A stretch of DNA of 64,000 nucleotides, from assembly GCA_001662655.1 (NCBI GenBank), contig KV460221.1; one strand, given 5' to 3'. Positions 38,502-49,099 of the stretch are shown here, piece after piece (the stretch's first letter is position 1; each line of letters opens with the position of its first letter). Under the pieces are notes generated by a model. It was given only the letters and a program-made list of their open reading frames with translations. It made no database searches and had not been told where the DNA came from. The position numbers and the translations under genes are program-made. The DNA is from Pseudogymnoascus verrucosus (taxonomy: Eukaryota).

Positions 38502-41500
38502 TTAGGCCTCATCGTCCGTATCAGGATAACGTGGAGTCCCCTTAGGACTGGAGAGCCACTCAATGTGTCTCAGACGTCTGCGGACCTCTCTGTCCTTGAG
38601 ATCCTTCTTGGTCATCTTCTTCTTCTTGCGGGCACGGAAAGTCATATCTCCCGTATCCTCGGCGCCGCTGTTGGCGGTGCTGGGGGCGGCGCTGGAGACG
38701 ACGCTGCTTGCCATCGAGGCGACGGTGCTGGGGATTCCGCTGCCGGGGCGGGAATCCTCGAAGCGGTCTGCGGAGACGGCGAGGTGACCCTTGTGGGTGA
38801 CGCGTCCATCAGCGACGTACCACTGCTCCGGGCAAAGCGCGCCAACAAACTCCTCGTTATGGGAGATCATGACGACACCACCCTTGTAGTCGCGGATAGC
38901 CACAGCGAGACCACCGAGGGAGTCGCGGTCCAAGAAATTGGTGGGCTCGTCGAGGACGAGGAGATGGGGGTTATTCCACATGGCGCCTGCGAGGACGACC
39001 TTAACCTTTTGGCCACCGGAGAGGCCGGAGATCTCGTTGTGGTTTGCGATTTCGGGGTCGAGACCCAGGTCTTCGAAGTGCTTGGAGATGACTTTGGGGG
39101 AGAGCTCGCGGAAGCCGAGACCTTCGCGGGAGGCTTCGTGGTCGTCGAATTCTTGGACGAGCTTGCTGAAGCCGCGGTCGACGAGGGTTTCGCGGGAGAT
39201 TTGGGTGTTGTCCTTGGGGAGCATGAACTTCCATTTACTGGGTCATTGTTAGCATTTTATTATCTCGATTTGGGGTGAATTTGGCTTACACTTCGTATTG
39301 GAAGGTCTTCTTCCACTTCTGACGACCCATAATGGACTCGATCATGCGTCCTCCGCGTCCGTCACCGAGATCAATCTCAACCTTCATCTGCTCCTTGTCG
39401 GCCTCAGAGAGGATACGAGTCTGCTTCATGTGGACCTCACGATCATCACCGTTGGCATAACGCCACTGGAGGTACTGGTTGGGGGTCTTCTCGAGATGCA
39501 TCTCCACGTGCTCAAGGGCGTGCTGCTTGATGTAACCAATACGCAAGTTGGGGTGCTTCTCAACACGGCCAGTGGTTGGGATGGTCTCGCCAGTCAGGAG
39601 CTTGATGAGAGTGGACTTTCCGGCACCGTTGCCACCGATGATGGCTGTGCGGGAGGAGAGGGACAGGGAGCAGGAGACGTCGTGGAGGGACGGCTTGTTG
39701 CTTCCGGGGTAGGTGTAGGAGCAGTTGGTCATGCGGAGGATGGAGCGGGTGTTGGACTTGACACCGGTCAAGATACCGGGAGGTGGGAACTTGAACTGCG
39801 CGTTCGAGGCGGAGAGGGTGTAGTAACTCTTGGCCTCGGGCTTCTGCTTGACAAATTCGGCCAAGTTGCCCTTGTAGCAGGCGAGCTTCTTTCCGGGCTC
39901 GTAGTGGTAGATATCCGTGCAGACTTCATCGAGGAAGCCGGAGTCGTGAGAAACGATCAGGGAAGTGATCTCGGTGTGGGTCTTGAGGTAATCCTGCAGC
40001 CACTTGACGTTGGCAACATCCAAGTGATTGGTAGGTTCGTCCAGAAGGAGAACATCAGCCTTCATCAACATAGCTCTAGCAAGAGCGAGCTTCATCTTCC
40101 ATCCACCGGACAGCGAGCCGACCTTCTCGGACTGGCGACCCTCGGGGCCGGCAGTGAAGCCGACCTCGGCAAGGACCTCAGAGATACGCTCCATTCCGGC
40201 GGAGGCGATGGCAGGATCCTTTGCGACAAAGTTCAGAATGCTAATATCAGCATCCTCACCCTGGTTGTGCTCGACGAAGCAGGTACGGAGGACATCCTGG
40301 CTGGGGAAACCCTCAAGCTTGCCGTTGGAGATGGCACGCATGAGAGTAGACTTTCCGGCACCGTTACGTCCGCAAAGACCGTATCTGTGGCCCTTGAGGA
40401 GACGGAGGTTGGTGTGGGAGAGCAAGAGCATACCACCGTAGGCAAGGGAGAAATCGGCGTTGACAATCTCAATCTCTCCGTCGTCCTCCTTGACTGGCTT
40501 ACCGTACTTGCGGTGGTCCTCCTCGACGTAGAAGTTCTGGACGGCATCACCAATGGCAGCGGCTGCCTCGGGGGTCTTCAGGACCTGGGGCAGGTATGGG
40601 GTAACTCTGGCAGCGATGCGGGGAGTCTGGCGGTGGTTGGCATCCTCGGCGACCATGGCGCCAATGTATGGGCCAAGGAGCTTGAAGATGGCGCTGGCGT
40701 CGCCAGCAAGACCTCCAGCCTTTGCGATCTCAGCATCAAGAACCTTGGTGACGTCCTCGATGGTGACGCGGGCAATCTCTCCGTGGGATGCTCCGGAGAC
40801 ATCATCACCCATAGCCTTCTTGATGACGTTAAGTGCTCTGGTGGCCATGTCACGGACCTCGGGTAGGGACGCTCTGTCCTGAACGCCCTTAACACCGGGA
40901 AGGAGCTTTGGCAAGAAAGTACGAGCCTCAACCGGGTCGTGGACAAGCTTTGTCAAGTTCTCCACGACAACAACGGTCTGTCTGAGGACCTCTTGTGCGG
41001 TGGTAGGGGTGTTGAGGGAACGCTCGAGGAGAGGGGTGAGGAGCGCCAGGACGGGGGAGGTGACGATGGCGACGAAGGTGGTTTGCGACAGGGCGTGGAT
41101 GGCCTTTTGCAGGGTCTCGGTGGACGGGTTCTGCATGGTCGCAACGAGGAGTGGGATGCGAGGGGCAACATCGTCGTTGGAAAGGAGGGTGGTAAGGGAG
41201 TTCATGGTGTTGATAGCGGCCTTCTCGACCTCAGTCTTCAAGTCGTGCATTCCCTCCTCGACAATTGGGATAAGACCAGCAAGCTTGGATCCCAGAGAGT
41301 CGCGGAGCATATCCTTATCGTTTGCCTCCTCCTTGGTGGTGCCAGCCTCAAGCTTGGCCTTGTCGGCGATGCGCTGGAGGAGCTTGTAGGCACCAACTGT
41401 TCCTTGCCACTTGCCGGTGCGCTTGGAGAGGTAGAGAGAGAGAACTGGGAGGAGTGCAATAACAAGAGCCTCGGAGCTCAGGAGGACAAAGAGAGCGTCA

Positions 41501-41931
41501 AGCGCGTACTGCGCGGCATCTCTCACCACAGCGCCCTTATCGGCGAGGGCGTCGAGAGCGCAGGGGACGAGACCGCCATCTTGTATGAGAAAGACAACCT
41601 CGGTGATTGGCTGCGGGGTAGGGAAACGCTCGAAGAGGGCACCGAGGAGGTTCTGGGCGCTCTCACGCTTCAGTCCGCTCTTCTTGTCCGCTGCGGCCTT
41701 CTTGATCTCGGCAACGATGCCGTAGGCGTGGAGGCCACGGTAGCCGACGGAGTTGAGGAGGATTTGTGTGAGGGCATAGGAAGCGTCGACGGAGGCAGCG
41801 GAGGAGTCGGCAGTGAAGATGGTGCTGAGGAGCGAGGAGATCTCCTCTTGGGTAGGCGCCACGGTGGACGGGACGTCAGATTTGATAAGCATGGTGGGCT
41901 GTGGTCGGGTTGGAGAGACTGGATGCGGCAT
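38502..41931 (-). CDS. NEW1: eEF3-like ABC-F protein, New1/Elf1 type
   Basis: HEAT region, two ABC cassettes (GRNGAGKST, LSGGWKMK, LLDEPTNHLD; GGNGAGKST, LSGGQKVK), chromodomain insert, C-terminus REVRRRLRHIEWLSSPKGTP; one intron ~39238-39291. Confidence 0.88.
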
Positions 41932-42491
41932 TATCTGAGCGCTTCCGGCGCTCTGTGAAATCGGACAACGGGTGTCTCTTGATTATTGAGGATTGTAGAT
42001 CTGTCAGTCGTGCAATAAATCGTAAATTCGTTCGTAATTATCCTGAAAGTGGGCGTCTTGGCCGAAAAAAAAACTCAGAAACGTGGCCGGGCTGGGGCAA
42101 AAAAAGATTTGAGAGTGGAGATTTTCTGACAGAGCAGAGGGGTAAAAAGGTAAGGAAGAAGAGGGCGAGGAGTTCAGTATATATATCTCAGCCGCGAGTG
42201 GCTAGAGAAGGGGTGAAATAAGAGTAGGAGAGAGATATCTCCGAGTCTTATTTTGCTTTCCTGAAGCCGGGTTGAGGGGTAGAGGAAGGAAGAGGTTCAG
42301 ATGAAAATAAGAGGAGAGGAGGGGAAGGGTGGCGGGCGTAATAGCTCGGGTCTGTTTCGATAGCGATTTTTAGATTTTTAGGGCCAGTTAGGCCGTATCA
42401 GTGGTAATCAGGTACGTATCGGGGCCTTATCCACTGTAGCAAAATCTCTGGTTCCTACTTTTTCTGTCACCGCCTTACCAATGGGTTCTAG

Positions 42492-42579
42492 CACGTGCAA
42501 GCTTAGTTATTTGCACGTGATTAAGAGATTACAAGCAATGCTTAGTAATGCTTATCATCACGTGAAATGGCATCACGTG
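42492..42579. promoter_or_regulatory. Cluster of four CACGTG E-boxes in a divergent promoter
   Basis: CACGTG at 42492, 42514, 42559 and 42574, between the New1-like (-) and DUF1275 (+) genes. Confidence 0.55.
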
Positions 42580-42938
42580 CCAAGCCCCCCTCTACGCCCA
42601 TCTTGGCAGCAATGCGGTGCCGTACTCCCGTTTCTGCCGTCGGATTCCGCCCTCCGTCCCACCCAAAACCCCCACGATAAGCTTCCCTGTGCACTCTTGT
42701 ACGCTCTTGTGAAAGTGCTTAGTCTCATTTTTATGACTATCACGCAAGGGAAGGTATGACTGATCTGCAAAAATATTTCTCTGTGGCTGGAAATATATAT
42801 ATCTACTCTATCTATTCTATATATTCCCATATCATGATCATACCCTGACTATTGGAAAAGTCCAGTGATATTAACAAAGACGCCAATTGACACACCAATT
42901 GACCTCAAGTGCCACCCAGCGACGACGACAACGACGCC

Positions 42939-43877
42939 ATGGCTTCAACTGAACCCCAACAACAACCCTCTCTCATATCAGCCACCCTCCCTGGGGAAAC
43001 CACCCCCGATGTCACCGACGCCGAGAAGCAGTCTCCCAAGGCGCGCTCCTCATGGCTCACAGAGCTCAAACGCGACGTCAACCTGAACCACACCGACATC
43101 CCCGTCATCGCCTCGTGCTTCTCCTCCGGTCTCTGCGACAGCAGCGCCTTCAACGCCTGGAACACCTTCGTGAGCATGCAAACCGGTATGTCCTCCCCCT
43201 CCCCCCACCATACCCCCTTGCCATTACCAGTCATCCGAGAATCGTGTAACTAACTCGCTCCCCCTCCTCCAGGTAACACCATCATCCTCGCCCTCGGCGC
43301 CTCTGGCCAACCCGTCTCCCAACCTTACATCTGGCTCAAATCCCTAACAGCCATCGTCTTCTTCCTCATCGGCTGCTACTTCTTCGCGCAGTCGCGGCGC
43401 ATCCACCCACACCGGCGCTTCACCCTCGCCGCCTCCTTCCTCGTGCAAGCGATCCTGATCTTCGTCGCCGCGGCCCTAGTCCAGCGACACGTCGTTCCCT
43501 CGCCCTCTGGCTACCACGAGCTCGACCCCGGGCGCGTAGCCTTCATCGAACTCCTCCCCATTGGCTTCCTCGCGTTCCAGAGCGGGGGACAGATCGTGAC
43601 GAGTCGGACGCTGGGGATTAATGAGGTGCCGACGACGGTGTTGACGAGCTTGTTTTGCGATTTGATGAGTGATCCGCATATGCTGGCGAGGGATAATGTG
43701 AAGAGGAATCGGAGGGTGGCGTCGGCGGTGACGTTGTTGTTGGGGGGGATTATTGGGGGGTGGTTGAGTAGGAGTAGTGTGGGGATGTCGGCGGCGTTGT
43801 GGTTGGCGGGGGGGGTGAAGGTGGGGATTGCGGTGGGGTGGGCGGTGTGGAGGGCGAAGGAGGAGGTTCCGGTTTGA
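42939..43877 (+). CDS. DUF1275/YoaK-family membrane protein, 2 exons
   Basis: CFSSGLCDSSAFNAWNTFVSMQTGNTI, LAFQSGGQ, EVPTTVLTS, RNRRVAS. Confidence 0.85.
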
Positions 43878-44420
43878 AGGGGTGGTGTTGCGGTTTGATA
43901 GGAGAGAGTACCTATTTGATGAGAGTGGTTGCGGCTTGAAGGGAGAGTATTTCGGTTTGATGAGAGAGGATTCCGGTTTGAAGGGAGAGTAGAGCGATAT
44001 ATACCCATACCCTTAATTATAGACGGCATTAGACGAATTGGCCCTGGACATTTTCTATCTTCTATCTTCGTCGTGGTGCCCATACCTTTCTTCCTTCTGT
44101 GGGCAAGTTCCCTGTTCCAAGTTCATTGTGTGTGTTGATGGGTTCTTCATGTATTTTGGTCTTCGTGTTGATGGGTCCATCAGGTCGATAGGTTTATGGT
44201 GTCGATTGGTTCATGATGTCGATGGGTCCATGGTGTTGATGGGCCCTTCATGTTGATTCCAAGTTCATTTTGTTGATGGTTCATCATGTTTATGACTCCT
44301 TCATTGTGTTGATAAGTCCACCACATGGGTGAGTTCATCCCACCATGAGTTCCTTCCATCAAACTTCAAAAAAGCAAGCCTCACCGCATCATCTCTTCCT
44401 CCCATCAAAAGTCAAAAGTC

Positions 44421-44665
44421 AAAAAAGCAAAAGACTCATCAGATCTCGAGATCTGATGAGGAGAAAATCATATTTATGATTTTGCTTTTTATCGTTTATA
44501 TTATGTTGTCGTGTTGATCGCTCGTTTCCAAATCTCTTTCTCTCATTTTTTTGGTTTCATCGTTTCCTCGCCAGGTCTCGAATCCATAACCTTCCCATTT
44601 ATCCTCCGCTGGCCAGATTGTCCAGACAGTGGTACTACCACTGCGCCACTGTGCCGCTGTGCCGC
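44421..44665 (-). ncRNA. Candidate RNA polymerase III transcription unit (tRNA-like head; identity unknown)
   Basis: TTTATAAA ~30 bp upstream (44690-44697); A box TGGCGCAGTGG (44638-44648); imperfect B box GGATTCGAGACC (44574-44585); 26-bp palindrome 44435-44460 followed by a T6 run. No tRNA acceptor stem. Confidence 0.35.
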
Positions 44666-44976
44666 TGATTTAAAGACGAGTTAAGTTGGTTTATAAAGGG
44701 GAGGGGTGTGGTTCGCTTTGTGGTTGGGGGGTGTGATCTGGATGGGGATGGGGGGGGATTTGGCTGGGTTCCCAGGGGTAAGCGTGGGATGCACGCAGAC
44801 CCAGAATTCGTCGAAAGTCGAATACGTACAAAGACATCATTCTTCAGACCTCGAATACGTGCAAAGGCTTTCATTGTTCTATGAGGCTCAAGAGCACACA
44901 AAGCTATTCAAAACCATTCGTTGTTCAACAACAGTCGAATTCACACAAAGACGTCGTTGCCCCTTATTTCATTGTG

Positions 44977-45214
44977 AACCTCCTTGGTCTCATAGGGATT
45001 TTTTATACTCGAACAAGATTATTGTTCGTCATCAAACCCTCATCATGGACGTTCTTTATATCCGAACAGGACTATTGTTCATCATCAAACCCTCCTTACT
45101 CTCATAGAGATTCTTTGTGCCCGAACAAGACTATTGTTCATCATCAAACCCTCCTTGCTCTCATGGAGATTCTTTGTGTTCGAACAAGAGTATTATTCAA
45201 CATCAAACCCTCAT
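44977..45214 (+). repeat. Minisatellite, ~59-bp unit, ~4 copies, each with an internal hairpin
   Basis: Unit consensus AACCCTCCTTRCTCTCATRGAGATTCTTTGTGYYCGAACAAGACTATTGTTCATCATCA. Confidence 0.85.
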
Positions 45215-45448
45215 CGTCGCTGCGTTCAATCCAATCCATGTTTCAAGATGATAATTCCCATTCATCATGGCCCTATAAGTATAGCCTCTTCATCCGTCAT
45301 TACAGTCCTTTTCTCTCCAGACCATTCTTCACCTGATTTACCTGGCATAGATCACACAACACAGCGACAACAAGATTAGTCTCAACACTCACAACACTCA
45401 CAACACCATCAGCAGCTTCACCACGCTCACCACCACACTTCCTCCAAG

Positions 45449-46477
45449 ATGTGCGTCACCACGGACACAGTCCACGAGGCCTGCCGGCACGTCATAAGCA
45501 TCACCCCCCCCTGCTTCGCCCGCCGCCACCCCGGCATCCCCTTCACGCGCTGCAAACGCACCTCCATCCTCTGCCCCTCCTGCGCCGCCGTCTTCAACGA
45601 GGCCCACATCGACAGTTTCTCCGGCGCCCGACTCGCCAACCAATTCCGGCGCCGCGAAAACTACGCCGGCGTCCTGATCCCCAGTCTCGGCCCGGATGGC
45701 ATCCGCATGATGGACCGCGATGGCAACCTTTTCGACCGCATGATCCCGAGGGGGTCGTCGTGGTTCACCGAGACGGGGGGAGATAGGGAGGGGGAGGCTT
45801 CGGGGGCGCACCCGAGGAGACAGCTGATGCGGTTTAGGGAGCTGGAATTCCTGAGGGATAGGCCGGAGACTAGGCCTCCTAGGTCTCCGAGAGGTCCTGA
45901 GACGCCTAGACAGAGGGAGAGGCGGGGCTCTACTAGGGAGCCGGAGGAGAGGGGTCGACAGAGGACGAGTCCGGAGTCTCCTCCGCCTACTAGGGAGAGG
46001 AGAGGTTCCAGAGATCCTCAGCCTCCTAGTGAGCCGAGAGGTTCGAGAGATCCTCGGCCTCCTACGTCTCGCAGAGAATCGAGAGGTCCTCAGCCTCCTA
46101 CGTCTCGGGGAGAGTCGAGAGATCCGCAGCCTCCTAGGTCTCTAGAAGTTTCGTTGACTCCTCGGCCTCCTAGGGAGCGGAGAGGTTCTAGAGATCCTCA
46201 ACCTCCTACGTCTCGGAGAGAGTCGAGAGGTCCTGAGCCTCCTTATCATCCAAGAGATTCGCTAGATCGTTCGCTTCCAAGGCGTCCGAGGTCTCCAGAG
46301 GGTCTTCAGGCTCCTAGACGGTTGAGGTGGGCTGGGAATCGGAGAGAACCAATAGATCCGAGGGATCCTCAGTATGCTCAATTTCCGAACGATTGGAGGA
46401 ATCCTGAGCTCCTTCGCGCACCGAGGAGATGGGGCGACCATCCCGAGGACAAGAATAGGAATAGCAATTTGTTCTAG
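45449..46477 (+). CDS. Orphan protein: N-terminal Cys/His motif plus Arg/Pro-rich 12-aa repeats
   Basis: 342-aa intronless ORF with a good start context (CAAGATG); MC..CRH..C..C..CPSC; repeats RRGSRDPQPPTS/RRESRGPQPPTS. Confidence 0.65.
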   Translation: MCVTTDTVHEACRHVISITPPCFARRHPGIPFTRCKRTSILCPSCAAVFNEAHIDSFSGARLANQFRRRENYAGVLIPSLGPDGIRMMDRDGNLFDRMIPRGSSWFTETGGDREGEASGAHPRRQLMRFRELEFLRDRPETRPPRSPRGPETPRQRERRGSTREPEERGRQRTSPESPPPTRERRGSRDPQPPSEPRGSRDPRPPTSRRESRGPQPPTSRGESRDPQPPRSLEVSLTPRPPRERRGSRDPQPPTSRRESRGPEPPYHPRDSLDRSLPRRPRSPEGLQAPRRLRWAGNRREPIDPRDPQYAQFPNDWRNPELLRAPRRWGDHPEDKNRNSNLF

Positions 46478-47888
46478 ATCTGGTAAGTCATTACCCCCAT
46501 TTCTCGATCTTCCCCTTTCCCCTTTCTCCCTCACATAAAACAAAGGGTGTGTAGGTATTTAAGGTAGGTGCGGTACAGGGTATCTATCAATCTTCTTTAG
46601 GCAATTCAAAATACTTACTCCAATCATGTTTATCTGAATCTAAATCGTGAACTTAAATCTTTCTTCGTGACTTTAATCCCATATCATACTATTGGAGGCG
46701 GTCCGACTAGCCCCATTAACCACAGTAGTTATAGCTGGCAGTGTGAGTAAGTATCACATATGGCCATCTACTCATGAAAATCGGATGTCCCGGTCTGCTC
46801 TGCCATACACAAGCTTGCAATCCACATGCTTAATACTCTCAATCTCGCCATCAGGCATAGCGTAGAACCCGTGCCTCTTGCCGATTAGGGTTATCATAGC
46901 ATCGGAGCTGCACACCCGCCCCGGCACCCGATGATCAACACAAGGATGAAAGCTTATTTGACGAACGACAAAGGATGACAGCGCTAGATTTTGTGCGCCG
47001 GCCTTCCTATTCCATCTTTTTGCCGCTACAGTGGAGGGCATACCCTAGTCTAGATGCAGGACGACTCCCAATCTCAGTAGTGCGCCGGCCTTCCTATTTC
47101 ATCTGTTTAGGGCTTTAGTGGCGGGCAGACCCTGCCTAAATGGATGACAGTTTCCGATCTCTTGTGGTGGAATGGCTTAAGCGACTTCGATTGTTTCTCA
47201 TTGTCAGATTTCATTGCTCTGGCTTCAAAAATATTGATATTACTTGAAGAGTAAATATCTCTGAGGTTGTTCGACAACACTGCCCAGTAGGCAATCTTCA
47301 TAGTGCAGTCCGGCATAGGCTCTCTTGAAAAGTGGCTGACAATCACAGGCTTGCAAAATAGGCTCCGAAAGATTGCGCCAACGATCTCAACCGCACCTTG
47401 CTCCAATCGGTAGTTGATAGACCAAGAAGCTAGTATAGTATAAGGCTAAAACTAGCCTCCTTCTCCATAGAGCCAAGCAAAGACCCCGATTTATAGTGAT
47501 ATTAAGCACAGCTCTCTGTGGCAGCCCTGGAATTACATTTGCTTTTTGAAATAACCGAGTTCGTGTGCTTCAACATACCTTTTGACTGCTCTGTTGGTTT
47601 CAGATTCAATTTTCGACCAGCCTAGATCAAGCCCTTTCTTTATCTAGTCAGCCATGAAGACCATGACGCCTTCAAATATCCTGTGCCGATTATCTACGCC
47701 AGTGTCATTTAGGAAAGTGATTCGGATTGCTTTATAACTTCGTGAAGTAACTAGTTCTCAAATCTTAGATATAAAACATAGACAAATCCCCTCGACGTAT
47801 GTAGAATGAACAGACACCCTGCTCAGAACTTCTCTATCTTGCCTCAGTATCTCCCGCCGATTTCCAAGTCTCATTTCTGGTTCCAATT

Positions 47889-48614
47889 ATGCGCCAATCT
47901 ATCGCCCTTGCCATCGCTGCCATTGCAGGCGTCTTCGCCGCACCAGCCAGCTACAGCCATGCACGCGGCAATTCCACCATGCAGGGACAAGGCGACTTCT
48001 TCTGGGGCGGAGCCGTCCAAGAAGGCCCCCAAGGCACCGGCTGGAACTTCGTCCAAGGTAGCGTAGTCGTCCCCAACTTCAGCGGCGGGGACCCGCGGCA
48101 GTCCGCGAACATGTGGGTCGGCATCGACGGCCGATACTGCTCCAGCGCCATCCTGCAGACCGGTCTTGTCGTCTACGGCGATGGGTCCTTCTGGCTCTGG
48201 ACAGAGTGGTGGAAGAATGTGATGCAGGATTATCAGAGTGGGCTTACTTTTGCGCCTGGTGATACGTTGCGCTTCACGGTGCATTCGACGAGCTATACGT
48301 CTGGCACCACGACGGTGGAGAACTTGAGCAATGGGGAGTGGGTCTCGCAGACTTATACGAGCGAGACGGACTATCCGCTCTGTGAGACGGATGCGGAGTG
48401 GATTCTTGAGGACTGGACGCAGAATGGACAGCCGGTGCCGCTTTATAATTGGGGTACTATTAGTATTTTTGATACGGCTGCGAGGAACCCCAATCGTCAG
48501 GTCACTGCTGCTGGCGCTGATATTGTTAATATCAACATCAATGGGTATATTCTTACTGAGAGCAATGTTCAGTCTGATGGTACTGTCAGCGTCACTTACA
48601 TTGGGCCTAACTAG
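47889..48614 (+). CDS. Secreted glutamic peptidase, family G1 (scytalidopepsin/aspergillopepsin-2-like)
   Basis: Signal peptide; WGGAV, MWVGIDG, catalytic Q in AILQTG, catalytic E in AEWILED. Confidence 0.9.
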   Translation: MRQSIALAIAAIAGVFAAPASYSHARGNSTMQGQGDFFWGGAVQEGPQGTGWNFVQGSVVVPNFSGGDPRQSANMWVGIDGRYCSSAILQTGLVVYGDGSFWLWTEWWKNVMQDYQSGLTFAPGDTLRFTVHSTSYTSGTTTVENLSNGEWVSQTYTSETDYPLCETDAEWILEDWTQNGQPVPLYNWGTISIFDTAARNPNRQVTAAGADIVNININGYILTESNVQSDGTVSVTYIGPN

Positions 48615-49099
48615 GATTGGGTATTTCGGGATAAGATAAAGTACGACGGTAGTGGAATATAAGTCTCGGTGTCTTGTTCTCATTTTCCATAATTCACATG
48701 TGAGCCATAAGTCCGAAAGTGCAGAGCGAGCAGCCGCCTGTCAGGTGGATCATCTCTCTGTGGATCTCCGGGTAGGTCCCGCTAGATGATGCCGGTAAAG
48801 GAGAATGGGCTGCATCGCCGCCTGGTATTCGAGAGAACCAATTCAGAGGGTATATAGGGCATATATGGTATATACTCTATTGTACTTTATGGTTCGATAT
48901 CATAATAAACTGTCACATACGACCACACAAGCTTACGTAACTCCTGGGTAGTAGTATCAGTCGCGCCAATAAGCTTAGCGTAGAGTCTAGGTCCCTTGCT
49001 GCCTAAAGCGGGATTTGGGGGAGAAACCAGGTCATCCTACTCCTGCTACCTGAGGATATATTTCCTTCACTAACCATCCAACGAATATCATCATTTACT

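Noticed and set aside
38565..41958. Long + strand ORFs (237, 522, 339 aa)
   Set aside because: Antisense shadows of the codon-biased New1-like gene; the same applies to ORFs opposite ICL2, GAD, fasciclin and the GS-like gene.
44435..44495. Hammerhead ribozyme (CTGATGA...GAAA)
   Set aside because: No stem II between CTGATGA and GAAA and no stem I pairing on +; no GAAA on the - strand.
44560..44660. Functional tRNA gene
   Set aside because: No 3' acceptor strand complementary to GGCACAG; the T-arm is imperfect.
44977..45214. CRISPR-like array
   Set aside because: Whole units are homologous with no unique spacers; eukaryotic context, no cas genes.
46772..47406. Possible pseudogene remnants with a 25-bp direct repeat (46993-47017, 47080-47104)
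   Set aside because: Short ORFs with no recognisable family; no TIR/LTR structure.
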